A stretch of DNA of 62,277 nt, filler included, from 3 parts of 3 records of this genome joined end to end with filler, not necessarily neighbours in it; one strand, 5' to 3'; shown: positions 19,775 to 28,992, counted from the whole stretch's first letter. Numbers and translations are program-made. Notes: generated by a model not told the origin, from the sequence alone.

Positions 19775-21277
19775 TTGCCAAATATCCTCAAAAGGCTCGT
19801 CCTTCTGGCGATCCCTGTGCTGGCTTTCGTGTTGCCGTGTCCGGCCCTTGCCGAGGAAGACTCCCGCCTCGTGCAACGGATCGACACCTTCCTGTCAGCC
19901 GCCGAACCGAACCATTTCTCGGGCGCTGTCCTGGTCGCGAAAGGCGATGAGGTGCTTTTCTCCAGAGGGTATGGGTATGCTGATTATGAGGCGGGCGTGA
20001 AGGTTTCGCCAGAGACCGTGTTCAACATCGGCTCGGTCACCAAGCAGTTCACTGCGGCCGCCATTCTCAAACTTGTCGAACAGGACAAACTCCGCCTCGG
20101 CGACACGCTCGGTGACCTGTTCGACGGTGTCCCCGAAGACAAGGCCGGGATCACGGTGCACCAGCTGCTGACCCATACGGCAGGCATTTCCCGCCAGGAT
20201 CTAGGCTTTCGCTACGATCAGGCAAGCAAGGAAGACTTCCTGACAGCCTTCTTTGCCTCAACGCTCGCAACTGAGCCTGGCACTCGTCATACGTATGCCA
20301 ATACCGGCTATATCCTGCTGGCGGCGACCGTGGAGCAAGTGTCTGGCCAACCCTTTGAGAACTATCTCCAACAATACCTTCTGGAGCCTGCCGGCCTGAG
20401 CCAGACTGGATATCTCCTCCCGGACTGGCGTGCGGGCCGGATCGCGAATGGATACTATTTCGACCTGGAGACTGCCGCCTGGAAAAGCTGGGGCACCACA
20501 TTCCAGCAATGGGGCGAGGGTCCGGTCACGTGGTTCGGCATCGGCAAGGGCGACCTGCATTCAACGACTGGTGATCTCTACAATTGGCACAAGGCGCTGC
20601 GTGACGGGACGGCGTTGACTGCGGAAAGCGTTGCCCTTTTCCACGCGCCTCATGTTCCGGAAGCCGAAGACAGCACGACATTCTACGGCTATGGCTGGAG
20701 TATTCAGAACACGAATGATGGTGAGCGCATTGTCACGCACAATGGATCGAACGGTCTTTTCTTCGCAGACTTCATCCGCTTCGTGGACGAGGACCTGGTC
20801 GTTGTCTTCCTGACTAACGTGTCCTTGCCGGGGTCGGTCGACTCGATTGCCTGGCGCATCGCCAGGATGGCGCGCGATGAGAGCTTTGTGCCGCCGCCGA
20901 TCGCGCCTTTCAGCTATGAACTCGTCTACCAGTTCATGAGCAGCCATAAGGCTTCGCAGGCAAACAGCTTGTTGTCATTTATGGAAGCCGGGCTTGGCCG
21001 GCCGCTGAACAATCCCGCCATCCTGAACCGGATCGGGTTCCAGCGGCTCAGGGACGACGATTGCGATTGGTCGATGGCCCTGCTGCGGCTGAATGCGGAT
21101 CACTTTCCCGACGATGGCAATCTAAAGGACAGTCTGGGGGAAGGCCTGCTCGCCTGTGGCCATGACGCCGAGGCGGCAGATGCCTTCAGGCAGGCGATCG
21201 AACTCGCCCCGGATGAGGATTGCCACTGGTGTCCTAACGCCAATGAGCGGCTCGAGCAGATATCCGGGGCGCCGTGA
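19775..21277 (+). CDS. Secreted serine hydrolase (beta-lactamase-like) with C-terminal TPR
   Basis: SVTK, LLTHTAG, YAN, HNG; TPR-like DSLGEGLLACG...FRQAIELAP. Confidence 0.85.
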   Translation: MPNILKRLVLLAIPVLAFVLPCPALAEEDSRLVQRIDTFLSAAEPNHFSGAVLVAKGDEVLFSRGYGYADYEAGVKVSPETVFNIGSVTKQFTAAAILKLVEQDKLRLGDTLGDLFDGVPEDKAGITVHQLLTHTAGISRQDLGFRYDQASKEDFLTAFFASTLATEPGTRHTYANTGYILLAATVEQVSGQPFENYLQQYLLEPAGLSQTGYLLPDWRAGRIANGYYFDLETAAWKSWGTTFQQWGEGPVTWFGIGKGDLHSTTGDLYNWHKALRDGTALTAESVALFHAPHVPEAEDSTTFYGYGWSIQNTNDGERIVTHNGSNGLFFADFIRFVDEDLVVVFLTNVSLPGSVDSIAWRIARMARDESFVPPPIAPFSYELVYQFMSSHKASQANSLLSFMEAGLGRPLNNPAILNRIGFQRLRDDDCDWSMALLRLNADHFPDDGNLKDSLGEGLLACGHDAEAADAFRQAIELAPDEDCHWCPNANERLEQISGAP

Positions 21278-21304
21278 CGTCTCCTCCCCATCGGAGAGGA
21301 GACG
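21278..21304. terminator. Hairpin between convergent genes
   Basis: CGTCTCCTC...GAGGAGACG inverted repeat; no clear U-tract. Confidence 0.5.
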
Positions 21305-21311
21305 AAGCCAC

Positions 21312-21680
21312 CTAGCCCAGCTTGCAGACGCAGATCTTGTTGCCGTCCGGGTCGCGGAAGTAGGCGCCGTAGAAGGTGGGCATGCGCTGGCCGGGGGCGC
21401 CTTCGTCCTGTGCGCCGAGTTCTATGGCCTTGTTGTAAACCTTGTCGACGGTTGCTGTGTCCGGCGCGGCGATGGCCGGCATCACGCCGTTGCCGCAGCT
21501 GGCTGCCTTCTCATCGTACGGGCCGCCTATCGCCAGCATGGGCGCGCCTGGCCCCGTGCCGTAGAAATAGAGACGGCCATTATTGAAGACCTGCTTGGCC
21601 CCCATTTCGCCGAGAACTGCGTCATAGAAGGCGCAGGCCTTGGCCGTATCATTCGAACCGAGCGTGACATAAGCGAGCAT
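21312..21680 (-). CDS. VOC/glyoxalase family protein
   Basis: YVTLGSND...FYDAVL, GAQDEGAPG, YFRDPDGNKI. Confidence 0.88.
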   Translation of the reverse strand: MLAYVTLGSNDTAKACAFYDAVLGEMGAKQVFNNGRLYFYGTGPGAPMLAIGGPYDEKAASCGNGVMPAIAAPDTATVDKVYNKAIELGAQDEGAPGQRMPTFYGAYFRDPDGNKICVCKLG

Positions 21681-21819
21681 GATGTTTCCTCCTCTGGTGA
21701 ATTCCAGAATGGAACGGATACACACCGCGACAACACGCGCAAGGGATGACGTAAGGGATGTGCTTGACGTTGACGTGAGCGTCTGGTGTGAACCCCCCAA
21801 ACTTTTCAGGAGAAAGCCC

Positions 21820-22743
21820 ATGTCTGACATCCGTTTTGACGGTCGCGTTGCCATTGTTACGGGTGCAGGCGGCGGTCTTGGCCGCTGCCACGCCCTCGAA
21901 CTCGCCCGCCGCGGCGCAAAAGTCGTGATCAACGACCTCGGCGCATCGATGGACGGCTCGGGCGGCAGCTCCGAAGCAGCTGAAGCCGTGGTGAAGGAAA
22001 TCGAAGCCATGGGCGGCGAAGCCATCGCCAACGGCTCGTCCGTCTCCGACGAGGCCGGCGTGAAGAAAATGATCGATGACACGATGGCCAAATGGGGCCG
22101 TATCGACATCATCATCGCCAATGCCGGTATCCTGCGTGACAAGTCATTCTCCAAAATGACCATTCAGGACATCGACCTGGTTCTCGCCGTTCACCTGCGC
22201 GGCACCTTCCTGCCGGTTCACGCTGCATGGGACATCATGAAAGCGCAGAACTTCGGCCGCATCGTCGTGACCACCTCCTCTACCGGCCTCTATGGCAATT
22301 TCGGCCAGGCCAATTACGGCGCCGGCAAGCTGGGCGTCGTCGGCATGATGAACACGCTGAAAATCGAAGGCGCGAAAAACGACATCAAGATCAACGCCGT
22401 CTGCCCGGTCGCCGCCACCCGCATGACCGAAGGCCTGATGCCGCCGGAAGCGCTGGAACAGCTGAAGCCGGAATATGTCACGCCAGGCGTGATGAACCTG
22501 GTGAAAGACGACGCCCCGACCGGCATGATCCTGTCGGCTGGTGCCGGTGCCTTCTCGATGGCCCGCATAGTCGAAACCCGCGGCGCCTATGTCGGCCAGG
22601 GTGAAGAACTGACCGCCGAAGCCGTTGCGGCCAAGTGGGATGAGATCACCGACACCAACAAGACGCTGCCGGCCTTCACCTCCGGCGGCCAGCACGGCCA
22701 GAACATGTTCTCGCTCGTCGCCGAGGGCAAAGCCAAGGGCTGA
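21820..22743 (+). CDS. SDR, peroxisomal MFE-2/3-hydroxyacyl-CoA dehydrogenase-like
   Basis: TGAGGGLG, VINDLG, NAGILRD, GNFGQANYGAGK. Confidence 0.9.
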   Translation: MSDIRFDGRVAIVTGAGGGLGRCHALELARRGAKVVINDLGASMDGSGGSSEAAEAVVKEIEAMGGEAIANGSSVSDEAGVKKMIDDTMAKWGRIDIIIANAGILRDKSFSKMTIQDIDLVLAVHLRGTFLPVHAAWDIMKAQNFGRIVVTTSSTGLYGNFGQANYGAGKLGVVGMMNTLKIEGAKNDIKINAVCPVAATRMTEGLMPPEALEQLKPEYVTPGVMNLVKDDAPTGMILSAGAGAFSMARIVETRGAYVGQGEELTAEAVAAKWDEITDTNKTLPAFTSGGQHGQNMFSLVAEGKAKG

Positions 22744-22809
22744 GCCCTGGCTCCAGACTTGCCAAAAATGATGGCGAGGCGCAGGCTGTTCTCCTGAAAG
22801 GAGAATCCC

Positions 22810-23205
22810 ATGCGCCTCGCCGTTCTTTTATTTTCCTCAATCTTTCTCGCCGGTTGCGCCTGGTTTCTCGAACCAGGCGTCGTGCCGGACCGGGCCGTTC
22901 CCGCCGACGAAGTGGCCGCACCCGTGGAGACGCCCGCGGAAGCCCCCACAACCGGCGAAGGCGCCATGTGCGGAGGCATCGCCGCCTTGCAGTGCGACGA
23001 AGGCCTGACCTGCATCTATGAAGATGGCGCATGCCACTCGATCGCAGATGCTGCCGGCGTCTGCCGGACGACGGGCCCGATCTGCACCAAGGAATACCGC
23101 CCGGTCTGCGGTTGCGATGGCAAGACCTATGGCAACCGCTGCGAAGCCTATGCCGAAGGTGTCAGCGTCGCCTATCCGGGCAGATGCGAAGTGAAGGAAA
23201 GCTGA
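22810..23205 (+). CDS. Lipoprotein with Kazal-type protease inhibitor domain
   Basis: LAGC lipobox; CTKEYRPVCGCDGKTYGNRC...C. Confidence 0.85.
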   Translation: MRLAVLLFSSIFLAGCAWFLEPGVVPDRAVPADEVAAPVETPAEAPTTGEGAMCGGIAALQCDEGLTCIYEDGACHSIADAAGVCRTTGPICTKEYRPVCGCDGKTYGNRCEAYAEGVSVAYPGRCEVKES

Positions 23206-23226
23206 CGCGAACCCGGCAAATGAATG

Positions 23227-23264
23227 AAGAAAGGCCCGTATCCCTCTGGATACGGGCCTTTCTT
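23227..23264. terminator. Bidirectional intrinsic terminator
   Basis: AAGAAAGGCCCGTATCC-CTCT-GGATACGGGCCTTTCTT. Confidence 0.85.
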
Positions 23265-23280
23265 GCGGTCTGCCTGCGGA

Positions 23281-23883
23281 TTATTCCGCGTTCTTCATGG
23301 CTTTCAGATACATGGAGTTCTTCGGCTTGGAGAAGACACGCTCCACCAACGGCTCGAAGAATTCCAGCGGCTCGCTTTCATAGTCCGGGTCGAAAGCGGC
23401 CTGATCGTATTTGTGGCAGAACTCGGCGCAGCGCTGGTAGTGCGGGCTGTCCTTGAACTGCTCGCGCATGTTCTTGTCGAGGCCGAGATACTCGAAGAAG
23501 TAATAGCCCTGGAACGCGCCATGATTGGCAACCATCCAGAGATTGGCCTCGGATACGAAAGGCTTCAGGATCGCAGCGGCCACATCCGGATGGTTCATGC
23601 TGCCCAGCGTGTCACCGATATCGTGCAGCAAGGCGCAGACGACATATTCCTCGTCCCGCCCGTCCCGGTGGGCGCGGGTCGCCGTCTGCAGCGAGTGCTC
23701 AAGCCGGTCGATCGGGAAGCCGCCAAAGTCGCCATCCAGCAGGCGAAGGTGGTCGAGCACCCGCTTGGCGAGGCCCTTGTTGAAGATGCGGGAATTCTCC
23801 GCGATGATATCCCAGTCTTCTTTTGTGCCTTCCAGCATTTCGCGGAATTTTGCGCGTTCGCCGCCGGCGTGTCCGTCAGCCAT
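23281..23883 (-). CDS. HD-domain phosphohydrolase
   Basis: EHSLQTA, LLHDIGD, H...H, YDQAAFD. Confidence 0.85.
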   Translation of the reverse strand: MADGHAGGERAKFREMLEGTKEDWDIIAENSRIFNKGLAKRVLDHLRLLDGDFGGFPIDRLEHSLQTATRAHRDGRDEEYVVCALLHDIGDTLGSMNHPDVAAAILKPFVSEANLWMVANHGAFQGYYFFEYLGLDKNMREQFKDSPHYQRCAEFCHKYDQAAFDPDYESEPLEFFEPLVERVFSKPKNSMYLKAMKNAE

Positions 23884-23956
23884 CTCATTTCCTCCGGTTT
23901 CTTGTTTTCTCGCGGCAGGATAGCCCCGCCGCGGGCGAGTTCCAATCCCCGTTCCG

Positions 23957-25537
23957 TCAGATCGGCGGCGCCGCCGAGGGCGGTACGTCGGAATCTTCCT
24001 CATGTACTTCGATCAGGCCGAGGCCGACATGGCTGCGTTTACGGCTGTAGAAGAAGTATATCGCGAGCCCGATTACGCCCCAGACCGGCAGAACCATCTT
24101 CGCCACGAAGGGCAGATTCAGATAGAGGCCGAGGCAACCGGCCGCCGCAATCGGGGCAATGATCCAGACGAATGGCGTGCGGAACGGGCGGAACCGGTCC
24201 GGATCCGTCCGGCGCAGCATCATCACCGCAATGGCCACCATGAAGAAGGCGAACAGCGTGCCGGAGTTTGAAATGTCCGCTAGCTGGCCAACCGGGAAGA
24301 AGGCCGCCGCAATGGCCACACAGATACCGGTGAAGATGGTCATCTTCCAGGGCGTCTTGAATTTCGGGTGCACGTCGGCGAGGTTTTCCGGCAGCAGGCC
24401 GTCGCGGGCCATGACGAAGAAGATCCGCGTCTGACCATAGATCATCATCAGGATGACGGATGGCAAGGCGATAGAGGCCGCAAGGCCGACAAGGTTGCCG
24501 ATCACCGGGAAGCCGACAAGGCGGAGCGTCTCGGCAAGGGCCTCGTCCGAACAGACGATCGGTGCGTCGCCCAGCGTCCGGAGTTCTGCACAGCGGGCGG
24601 CGAAGCCTGCCCCATCCGGTGGGAGAACCGCGCCAGCAGCATCGCGCACTGGCTGGGCCCCGACGGTTCCGACCACACCCGCCGCCACAAGGAAGTAGAA
24701 CACCGTACAGATGGCCAGAGAGCCGAGCAGGCCGATCGGTACATTGCGCTGCGGGTTCTTGGTCTCTTCGGCGGCCGTCGAAACGGCATCGAAACCGACA
24801 TAGGCGAAGAAGATGGTCGCCGCCGCCCCGACAACGCCCAAGCCATCATGACCGAGCAGGCCTGTCGGCATGAGCGGCGTGAAGTTCTCTCCCTTCAGGA
24901 TCGGAAAACTCAGCACGATGAAGGCCGTCAGGGCCGTAACCTTGATGGCGACGAGCACGGCGTTCACCGAAGCGCTTTCGCTGGTGCCGATGACCAGCAG
25001 CCACGTCACGACGGCCGCCACCACGATGGCCGGCAGGTTCACCACGCCATGGCTGAAGTCGACGCTCGGAATGCCGCCTGCAAAGCCCCAGGCCGGGCCG
25101 CTACTGAGCGCCGCGGGTAAGGTGAACCCGGTTAAGTTCTCGACGAGGCCCATGACGTACCCGGACCAGCCGACACACACGGCCGAGGCTGCCACCGCAT
25201 ATTCGAGAATCAGCGCCCAGCCGACCATCCAGGCGAGCAGCTCCCCCATCACGGCATAGGTGTAGGTGTAGGCAGAGCCCGAAACAGGCACCATCGAGGC
25301 GAGCTCTGAATAACAAAGGGCCGCCACCGCGCAGACGAACCCGGCAATGACGAAGGAGAACATCATGCCCGGCCCGGCTTTCTGGGCGGCCGCGGCGGTC
25401 AGCACGAAAATGCCTGTCCCGATTACCGCGCCGATGCCGAGCATGGTCAGCTGGAAGGCGCCGAGGGATCTGTGCAGGGACTTCTTTTCCGCGGTCGCAA
25501 GGATGGCGTCGAGCGGCTTGATACGGTCGAATATCAT
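23957..25537 (-). CDS. Amino acid permease (APC/CAT family)
   Basis: GAVIGTGIF, GSAYTY, FFAYVGFD, MARDGLLP. Confidence 0.92.
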   Translation of the reverse strand: MIFDRIKPLDAILATAEKKSLHRSLGAFQLTMLGIGAVIGTGIFVLTAAAAQKAGPGMMFSFVIAGFVCAVAALCYSELASMVPVSGSAYTYTYAVMGELLAWMVGWALILEYAVAASAVCVGWSGYVMGLVENLTGFTLPAALSSGPAWGFAGGIPSVDFSHGVVNLPAIVVAAVVTWLLVIGTSESASVNAVLVAIKVTALTAFIVLSFPILKGENFTPLMPTGLLGHDGLGVVGAAATIFFAYVGFDAVSTAAEETKNPQRNVPIGLLGSLAICTVFYFLVAAGVVGTVGAQPVRDAAGAVLPPDGAGFAARCAELRTLGDAPIVCSDEALAETLRLVGFPVIGNLVGLAASIALPSVILMMIYGQTRIFFVMARDGLLPENLADVHPKFKTPWKMTIFTGICVAIAAAFFPVGQLADISNSGTLFAFFMVAIAVMMLRRTDPDRFRPFRTPFVWIIAPIAAAGCLGLYLNLPFVAKMVLPVWGVIGLAIYFFYSRKRSHVGLGLIEVHEEDSDVPPSAAPPI

Positions 25538-25654
25538 GGGGGAATGCTCCGATAGGCGGCGCTGAGCCTATCCGCAATTCCGGACTGTACAAGATACTTA
25601 GGAGAGAAGACGCCTCCCCGCTTACGGAGAGGCGCCTCTCTTCGGGCGCCCCGA

Positions 25655-26716
25655 TCAGTCCCAGAGAGCGCCCAACATCAGCCGGTCTTCCCAGGTTTCC
25701 CGCACCGGGGCATGCGCCGGACCGCACCGGCGGCACACATGTTCGTGCAGCCGTCGGGCAAGAACCCAGCTGGATTCGCCGGTTCGCCCATCTGCCCGTT
25801 CCACGGCATCGACAATGAACCTGAGCGTTTCCTCGCGCAGGTCCAAATTGTCCTTGCCTTTCGCCTCGGCGAGACGCCAGCCTGCCGTATCCCGACGCAG
25901 GGCCAGGACGGCCCGTTCCATGCCATCGCGCAGGACGTAGACCGCCATATGCCCGGCCGCGATGTCGCTGGTGAAGTCCCGCAGGCAATTGCGGAATTCC
26001 AGCGCGACCTGTTCCAGCGTTTTCCTGTCCGCCACCCGGAAGAAGGCAGACGGCAGGTCCGGCGGGGCCAGCATATTGCCGAAGCGGACCGGCTGCAGGT
26101 CTTCCGCCGCCATGTCGAACAGGCGTTCGGACGATGCAGCCCGTTCCCAGCGGCGGGCAACCGAAGCGGCCTGGTCCTTGCCACGCATGCGCACGGCGAG
26201 ATGGAACGCTTCGGCCAGGTCATCGACGGCGCCTTTGCTGTCCGGAATATGCCGAAGAATTTTCGGCACCCGGAGCAGAACTGGCAGCCTGCGGATCAGG
26301 TGGAGCTGTTCCGGACGTATCTCGTCCGTGTGCCGAAGCACCTGCGCGGTGTTCTCGTCGGAGAACAGAGACAGGAACAGATCATAATCAACCACCTCCC
26401 AAAGGGTTTCCCCCAGCCGGGACAGCGATTTCATCAATCCGCCAGTTGCCTGTCCATGCATGAGATGTTTCGCAACATCCCCATCCCGTCCATATTCCAC
26501 AAGACGTGCGATCTCGTTCAGTTCAAGATCACGCGCAAGCAGGATCGCCGCCGCATGGCGGCGGGCGGACGGCAGGGCCAGAAAGCCCGCATGCGGCGCA
26601 GGCCATGCGATGGCCAGTGCTTCTGCGTGCGTGCCGGCAAGGAACCGCAGCAAAGGCGTCATAGCACCGGTACGGCCGTGCGGCCGCACAGGGCGCCGGG
26701 TCATGGGATTGCCCAT
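25655..26716 (-). CDS. Hypothetical protein with PcfJ-like C-terminal domain
   Basis: GGAGG RBS before ATG at 26716; C-terminal LEFRNCL..F...IAAG..AVYVLR...LAL....WRLAEAKG.DN resembles the PcfJ signature from memory. Confidence 0.6.
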   Translation of the reverse strand: MGNPMTRRPVRPHGRTGAMTPLLRFLAGTHAEALAIAWPAPHAGFLALPSARRHAAAILLARDLELNEIARLVEYGRDGDVAKHLMHGQATGGLMKSLSRLGETLWEVVDYDLFLSLFSDENTAQVLRHTDEIRPEQLHLIRRLPVLLRVPKILRHIPDSKGAVDDLAEAFHLAVRMRGKDQAASVARRWERAASSERLFDMAAEDLQPVRFGNMLAPPDLPSAFFRVADRKTLEQVALEFRNCLRDFTSDIAAGHMAVYVLRDGMERAVLALRRDTAGWRLAEAKGKDNLDLREETLRFIVDAVERADGRTGESSWVLARRLHEHVCRRCGPAHAPVRETWEDRLMLGALWD

Positions 26717-26791
26717 GAACCACCTCCTTCCAGATCGTCCGCCTGCCGGGATGCCGGGCACGGACAGATTGAAATCAGAAAAATTGTGAGG

Positions 26792-26881
26792 TCAGACGCC
26801 CACCGGGAAACGCGCGGGGGACGCTGACTGCGCTCCCCATCGACTGAGGAGCAGGATTGTTGCTGTACAACCGTGCTTCAT
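26792..26881 (-). promoter_or_regulatory. Putative leader peptide (MKHGCTATILLLSRWGAQSASPARFPVGV) overlapping attenuator-like hairpins
   Basis: 29-aa uORF in the 5' leader; alternative stems GGGGAGCGC/GCGUCCCC versus GUCAG...CUGAC followed by an AAUUUUU tract. Confidence 0.5.
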
Positions 26882-26902
26882 CTGTTTGGTCCGTTGGTCG
26901 GT

Positions 26903-26936
26903 TTGACCAGCCATCCGGATACGGATGGCTGGTCAA
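26903..26936. repeat. Perfect 15-bp inverted repeat at the 5' end of the leader
   Basis: TTGACCAGCCATCCG-GATA-CGGATGGCTGGTCAA. Confidence 0.85.
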
Positions 26937-26948
26937 GAAGAAGGAGGC

Positions 26949-26977
26949 GTATAAGGCGAGCCACCTTTCAATGTCAA
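26949..26977 (-). promoter_or_regulatory. Sigma70-family promoter for the PcfJ-like gene
   Basis: TTGACA-17 nt-TTATAC on the minus strand. Confidence 0.65.
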
Positions 26978-26999
26978 GGCTACGCCAAAATTTATTCGA

Positions 27000-28211
27000 T
27001 CAGCCTTTGACACACACAACCTGTTTCAGCGTGTGGACGATCTCCACAAGATCCGACTGGGCGGCCATGACGGCGTTGATGTCCTTGTAGGCCATCGGCG
27101 TTTCGTCGATGACGCCCGCGTCCTTGCGGCATTCCACCCCCGCCGTTGCGGCGAGGTGATCATCCACAGTGAAGGTGCGCTTGGCCTCGGCACGCGACAT
27201 GGTGCGCCCTGCCCCGTGCGAGCACGAGCAGAACGATTCCGCGTGGCCCTTTCCGCGCACAATGAAGGACTTCGCCCCCATCGAGCCCGGAATGATGCCT
27301 AGCTCCCCCGCACCTGCGCGCACGGCGCCCTTGCGGGTGACCCAGACATCAGCGCCGAAATGGTGTTCCCGCTCCACATAATTGTGGTGGCAGTTCACAG
27401 CCATCTGGCCGAGCGTAAAGGCCGGAAGCTGGTCGCGCAGGGCGATCAGCACACGGTCCATCATCACCTCGCGGTTGAGGCGGGCATAATCCTGCGCCCA
27501 GCCGACAGCCGTCACATAGTCGTCGAACAACTCCTCCCCTTCCACGAAGAAGGCGAGATCCTTGTCCGGCACGTGATAACCGAGCACCCGCTTCTCCAGC
27601 GCCTCGCGGGCTTCCTGGATGAAATAGGTGCCAAGGATGTTGCCCGTCCCGCGCGAGCCGGAATGGAGCATCACCCAGACGCGGTTAGCCTCATCGAGGC
27701 AAAGCTCGATGAAATGGTTCCCGCCGCCGAGCGTGCCGAGCTGCGTCGCGAACTTCGTGCGCTGGATGCGCTTGTGCTTCGCGAGGATCGTCTCGAGCCG
27801 CTCGTCGAGCCCGGACCGGCGCAGGGCCGAAGCGGCCCGCGACGGGGTATCCTTGTGGTTCCCGCCCGGTCCGTTGCCAACCGGCACCTTCCGCTCGATC
27901 TCGCTGCGGACGGCCGAAAGGCTGTCCGGCAGATCGTTCGATGTCAGGCTGGTACGTACCGCCATCATCCCGCAGCCGATGTCGACCCCGACCGCGGCCG
28001 GGATGATCGCGCCTTTCGTCGGAATGACGGAGCCGACCGTCGCGCCGCGCCCGAAATGCACGTCAGGCATGACGGCAAGGTGCGAGTGCACGAACGGCAG
28101 CCCGGCGACATTTTCCAGCTGCTCACGCGCGGCATCTTCTACCGGCACGCCTTTCACCCAGGCCTTGATACGGCCCCCGGCGAAGGTCTCGAACACTTCA
28201 AACTCACTCAT
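27000..28211 (-). CDS. rtcB: RNA 2',3'-cyclic phosphate/5'-OH ligase RtcB
   Basis: MPDVH, GVDIGCG, GTLGGGNHFIE, HSGSRG, HHN, RKGA, PGSMG, SHGAGR. Confidence 0.97.
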   Translation of the reverse strand: MSEFEVFETFAGGRIKAWVKGVPVEDAAREQLENVAGLPFVHSHLAVMPDVHFGRGATVGSVIPTKGAIIPAAVGVDIGCGMMAVRTSLTSNDLPDSLSAVRSEIERKVPVGNGPGGNHKDTPSRAASALRRSGLDERLETILAKHKRIQRTKFATQLGTLGGGNHFIELCLDEANRVWVMLHSGSRGTGNILGTYFIQEAREALEKRVLGYHVPDKDLAFFVEGEELFDDYVTAVGWAQDYARLNREVMMDRVLIALRDQLPAFTLGQMAVNCHHNYVEREHHFGADVWVTRKGAVRAGAGELGIIPGSMGAKSFIVRGKGHAESFCSCSHGAGRTMSRAEAKRTFTVDDHLAATAGVECRKDAGVIDETPMAYKDINAVMAAQSDLVEIVHTLKQVVCVKG

Positions 28212-28281
28212 CTTCTCGCAGTCTGCTGCCCGCAGACTCCTCCTGACAAGCCCTCCGCGCGAATCCCTTTGAGTCAGAGAG

Positions 28282-28315
28282 AAAAGAAAACCCTCCGGGC
28301 GGAACGCGCGGAGGG
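28282..28315 (-). terminator. Premature (attenuator-type) intrinsic terminator upstream of rtcB
   Basis: Sense CCCUCCG-CGCGUUCCGCC-CGGAGGG-UUUUCUUUU, ~70 nt before the rtcB ATG. Confidence 0.7.
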
Positions 28316-28354
28316 CGGCATATGACCTTCAGGCCATCGGGCTGACCATCAGCC

Positions 28355-28441
28355 CTATCCAGCAACCTCCATGCGGAATGGATCGCGTCCCTGAACCAGG
28401 GCGCCGTCCTTCCGTGTCTGACTTGGGAACCGATAATTCAT
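28355..28441 (-). promoter_or_regulatory. Putative rtcB leader peptide (MNYRFPSQTRKDGALVQGRDPFRMEVAG)
   Basis: 28-aa uORF with GGAGAG RBS, between the promoter and the terminator. Confidence 0.45.
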
Positions 28442-28470
28442 CGGAACTCTCCGTTGCTGAATGGAGGCGC

Positions 28471-28499
28471 CGTATGATGGATCGGAGAAAAAGCGTCAA
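28471..28499 (-). promoter_or_regulatory. Sigma70-family promoter for rtcB
   Basis: TTGACG-17 nt-CATACG immediately after the rplQ terminator. Confidence 0.55.
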
Positions 28500-28509
28500 C
28501 CGCAAAAGC

Positions 28510-28538
28510 AAAAAACCCCGGAGGAAAACTCCGGGGTT
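28510..28538 (-). terminator. rpoA-rplQ operon terminator
   Basis: AACCCCGGAG-TTTTC-CTCCGGGGTT followed by a T-run. Confidence 0.85.
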
Positions 28539-28572
28539 CTTTGATTTCCTTGCGGAAAATTCTTTGCGCGGA

Positions 28573-28992
28573 TTATTCGCCAGCTTCGAGTTCAGCCTCG
28601 TGGCGGGCCTTGTCGGCGGCGCCTTTGGCGGACTCATCCCGGTCGACCATTTCCAGGACAGCAACCGGTGCGTTGTCGCCATGGCGGAAGCCGGCTTTCA
28701 GCACGCGGGTGTAGCCGCCGTTGCGGTCCTTGTAGCGGTCGGCGAACACGTCAAACAGCTTGCGGACAGCGTCTTCGTTGCGGACCTTTGAGAGAGCCTG
28801 ACGGCGGGCAGCAAGATCGCCCTTCTTGGCCAGGGTCACCAGCTTGTCCATCAGCGGCGCCATTTCCTTCGCCTTGGGCAGGGTCGTAACGATCTGCTCA
28901 TGTTCGATCAGGCTTGCGGCCATGTTGGCGAACATCGCCTTGCGGTGCGAAGTCGTCTTGTTCAGTTTGCGGTATCCAAGGCGATGGCGCAT
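28573..28992 (-). CDS. rplQ: 50S ribosomal protein L17
   Basis: MRH...[28 protein letters not shown]. Confidence 0.98.
   Translation of the reverse strand: MRHRLGYRKLNKTTSHRKAMFANMAASLIEHEQIVTTLPKAKEMAPLMDKLVTLAKKGDLAARRQALSKVRNEDAVRKLFDVFADRYKDRNGGYTRVLKAGFRHGDNAPVAVLEMVDRDESAKGAADKARHEAELEAGE

Noticed and set aside
26886-26936. GGTCCG...TTGACCAGCC resembles a Y RNA Ro-binding stem next to rtcB
   Set aside because: No Ro60/rsr gene nearby, wrong strand and geometry; explained by a simple hairpin
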